Shown here: piece after piece, positions 61,864-64,000 of the stretch
Numbering within the stretch: the first letter of the stretch is position 1
Layout of the letters: every line of letters begins with the position of its first letter
NCBI GenBank assembly: GCA_964438105.1
Contig: CAYTJT010000001.1
Span: forward strand, 1,236 to 65,235
Length of the DNA stretch: 64,000 nucleotides
DNA from: an uncultured Rhodothermales bacterium
GTDB lineage: Bacteria > Bacteroidota > Rhodothermia > Rhodothermales > JANQRZ01
Reading direction: 5' to 3'
Notes under the pieces: generated by a model
Databases searched by the model: none
Told to the model about the DNA's origin: nothing
The model's input: only the letters and a program-made list of their open reading frames with translations
Program-made: the position numbers and the translations under genes

Positions 61864-64000
61864 ATGACCGACACGCTCGCCGCCCCTGCCCTGTCCCAAG
61901 CTACGCTGGCCGTGGGTGGTATGACGTGCGCTTCGTGCGTGGGGCGCGTAGAGAGCGCGCTCAGCCGAGTCGAAGGTGTCGTGGACGCAAGCGTCAACCT
62001 GGCGACCGAGCGGGCGCACGTCACATTTGACGCAGGTCGGACCTCGCCGCTGCTGATCGCTCGGGCCGTAGCCGAGGCGGGCTACGAGGTGCGGACCGAA
62101 GAGGTGACGATGACTGTGGGCGGCATGACGTGCGCGTCGTGCGTGGGTAGGGTCGAGCGCGCGCTGGCCGCTGTGCCGGGCGTGACCGAGGCCCGGGTCA
62201 ACCTGGCGACGGAGCGGGCGAGCGTCCGCGTCGCGGCAGGCACGGCGACAGCTGACGACCTGCGCGCGGCCATCGAGGGCGCGGGTTACGACGTGATCGA
62301 CACGCCCCAAGGTGCCTCGCGAGCAGACGCAGAGCGCGATGCGAGAGAGCAAGACCAAACCGCGCTGCGCAGGCGGCTGCTGATCTCGGCTGCGCTGACG
62401 CTGCCCATCGTGCTGCTCGACATGGGCGCGATGGTGATTCCGGGCGCGATGGATTGGCTGAACGGATGGATGCCGGTGCAGGCGCGCTGGCTGCTCTTCT
62501 TCGCGCTCGGAACGGCGATCCAGTTCGGGCCGGGTCTGCGCTTCTACCGGACCGGCTGGGCCGCGCTGCGGCATGGGTCTCCCGACATGAACACCCTCGT
62601 CGCGCTGGGCACGACGGCGGCGTGGGGCTACTCGGTCGTCGCGACGTTTCTGCCCGGCGTGCTGCCCCAAGGCGCCGTCCACGTCTACTACGAGGCCGCC
62701 GCCGTCGTGATCACGCTGATCCTGCTGGGCAAGTACCTCGAGGCCGTCGCCAAGGGGCGTACGAGTGAGGCGCTGGGCGCGCTGACGGCGCTGCGACCCG
62801 CGACGGCGCGCGTCGTGCGGGGGGGCGAGGAAGCTGAGGTCCCGGTCGATGCGGTGGAAGTGGGCGACATGGTGCGCATTCGTCCGGGCGAGTCGATTCC
62901 CGTCGACGGCGTGGTGCACGAGGGCGCGAGCTACGTCGACGAGTCGCTCGTAACGGGCGAACCGGTCGCCGTATCCAAGGCGCCCGGCGAGCGCGTCGTG
63001 GGCGGTACGGTCAACCAGTCGGGCAGCCTGCTCGTGCGGGTCGATCAGGTGGGCGAAGGCACCGTGCTTTCTCAGATCATGCGGCTCGTCGAGGAGGCGC
63101 AGGCGTCGCGCCCGGCGATTCAGGCCGCCGCCGACCGCGTGGTGGCGTACTTCGTGCCCGCCGTGCTCGTGCTGGCCGCCCTCACGTTCGTCGTCTGGAT
63201 GCTCGTCGGACCCGACCCCGCCGTGACGTACGCGCTCGTGGCCGCCGTGAGCGTGCTGATCATCGCGTGTCCGTGCGCGATGGGACTGGCGACGCCCGTT
63301 TCGGTCATGGTCGGAACGGGCAAGGCGGCGCAGATGGGCGTGCTGTTCCGCCGAGGCGAGGCGCTGCAAACGCTGAGCGAAGTCACGACCGTTGCGCTCG
63401 ACAAAACCGGCACGCTGACGCAGGGCAAGCCGACGCTGACCGATCTGATCACCGCCGACGGAGCGACGCCGGAAGGCGATGCGCTGCTCGCCCTGATCGC
63501 GTCGGTCGAGAGGCCGAGCGAGCACCCCATCGCGCGTGCGCTCGTCGAAGCGGCCGAAGCCAAAGCGTTGGACGTGCCGGCGGTAACCGGCTTCGAGTCC
63601 ATCGCCGGGATGGGCGTGCTAGGGCACGCGGGCGGGCACGCGGTTTCCGTCGGCGCCGACCGGTTCATGACGTCGCTCGGCCTAGACGTGTCGCCGTTTG
63701 CGGCAGAGGCGGCGCGTTTGGGCGACGAGGGCAAAACGCCGCTCTACGCCGCCGTCGGCGGTAGCCTGGCCGCCGTCCTCGCCGTATCCGATCCCCTCAA
63801 AGCCGACACGCCCGCCGCCATCGACGCGCTCCACCGGCAGGGCCTGCGCGTGGCGATGATCACGGGCGACAATGAACGCACTGCACGCGCCGTTGCCCGC
63901 AGGCTGGGCATCGACGACGTATACGCCGAGGTGCTTCCCGGGCAGAAGGCCGAGACGGTCCAGCAGATGCAGCGGGCCGCGCAGGTGGCGTTCGTGGGCG
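61864..64000 (+). CDS. copA: Cu+-exporting P1B-1 ATPase, partial (runs off window)
   Basis: Own translation from ATG 61864. Two HMA domains ([12 protein letters not shown] twice). [13 protein letters not shown]; DKTGTLT; SEHPIA. Absent from the track because it is open-ended. Confidence 0.9.
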   Translation, partial: MTDTLAAPALSQATLAVGGMTCASCVGRVESALSRVEGVVDASVNLATERAHVTFDAGRTSPLLIARAVAEAGYEVRTEEVTMTVGGMTCASCVGRVERALAAVPGVTEARVNLATERASVRVAAGTATADDLRAAIEGAGYDVIDTPQGASRADAERDAREQDQTALRRRLLISAALTLPIVLLDMGAMVIPGAMDWLNGWMPVQARWLLFFALGTAIQFGPGLRFYRTGWAALRHGSPDMNTLVALGTTAAWGYSVVATFLPGVLPQGAVHVYYEAAAVVITLILLGKYLEAVAKGRTSEALGALTALRPATARVVRGGEEAEVPVDAVEVGDMVRIRPGESIPVDGVVHEGASYVDESLVTGEPVAVSKAPGERVVGGTVNQSGSLLVRVDQVGEGTVLSQIMRLVEEAQASRPAIQAAADRVVAYFVPAVLVLAALTFVVWMLVGPDPAVTYALVAAVSVLIIACPCAMGLATPVSVMVGTGKAAQMGVLFRRGEALQTLSEVTTVALDKTGTLTQGKPTLTDLITADGATPEGDALLALIASVERPSEHPIARALVEAAEAKALDVPAVTGFESIAGMGVLGHAGGHAVSVGADRFMTSLGLDVSPFAAEAARLGDEGKTPLYAAVGGSLAAVLAVSDPLKADTPAAIDALHRQGLRVAMITGDNERTARAVARRLGIDDVYAEVLPGQKAETVQQMQRAAQVAFVG

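Noticed and set aside
61693-63525. 610-aa minus-strand ORF
   Set aside because: It lies antisense to a clear CopA P-type ATPase (HMA x2, CPC, DKTGT) that the track misses because it is open-ended. The translation is Arg/His/Asp-rich with no motifs.

Overview
High-GC (about 65% by eye) bacterial DNA. Genes are densely packed, many junctions overlap by 1-4 nt, and intrinsic terminators are rare. Several secreted proteins end in T9SS-type C-terminal sorting domains, so the host is probably a Rhodothermia/Salinibacter-like member of Bacteroidota (inference). The window reads as a plasmid- or ICE-like mosaic. (1) 1-6.3 kb: defence islet of an MmeI-like Type IIL RM enzyme, a catalytically dead long pAgo, and a translationally coupled unknown gene that runs off the window. 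(2) 6.4-8.2 kb: umuDC. (3) 8.2-9.6 kb: low-GC islet with a Gly-zipper lipoprotein and a tiny membrane ORF. (4) 9.6-15.5 kb: small minus-strand genes of phage/plasmid type (XRE, Gp157-like, HxxGDWG..LLPxEY protein). (5) 15.6-16.95 kb: ORF-free, G-rich, palindrome-rich region. (6) 16.95-20.2 kb: RHH/ParA partition operon and a HEPN-like gene, bracketed by a dispersed inverted repeat. (7) 20.1-37.5 kb: one long minus-strand array. It holds a tyrosine integrase, lipoproteins, a YdjM-HlyD fusion, a half-size TolC-like protein, a 527-aa unknown, a membrane-anchored AAA ATPase, three exported nucleases, an ABC/HlyD exporter and three paralogous mini-ORFs. A RES-Xre TA pair sits on the opposite strand. 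(8) 37.5-41.8 kb: maintenance module with five 18-bp iterons, DnaA-box-like repeats, RepA, a serine resolvase and a RelE/ParE-like TA pair. (9) 41.9-64 kb: copper/heavy-metal island with an HME-RND tripartite pump, two P1B ATPases, PcoAB-like genes, accessory Cu proteins and a two-component system. The candidates I rate highest are the pAgo islet, the tightly coupled ATPase/nuclease/OMP array, the HGGGN..PPPD mini-ORF family, and two short GC-rich repeats that sit in frame inside unrelated genes. All family calls rest on motif recognition by eye; no searches were run.
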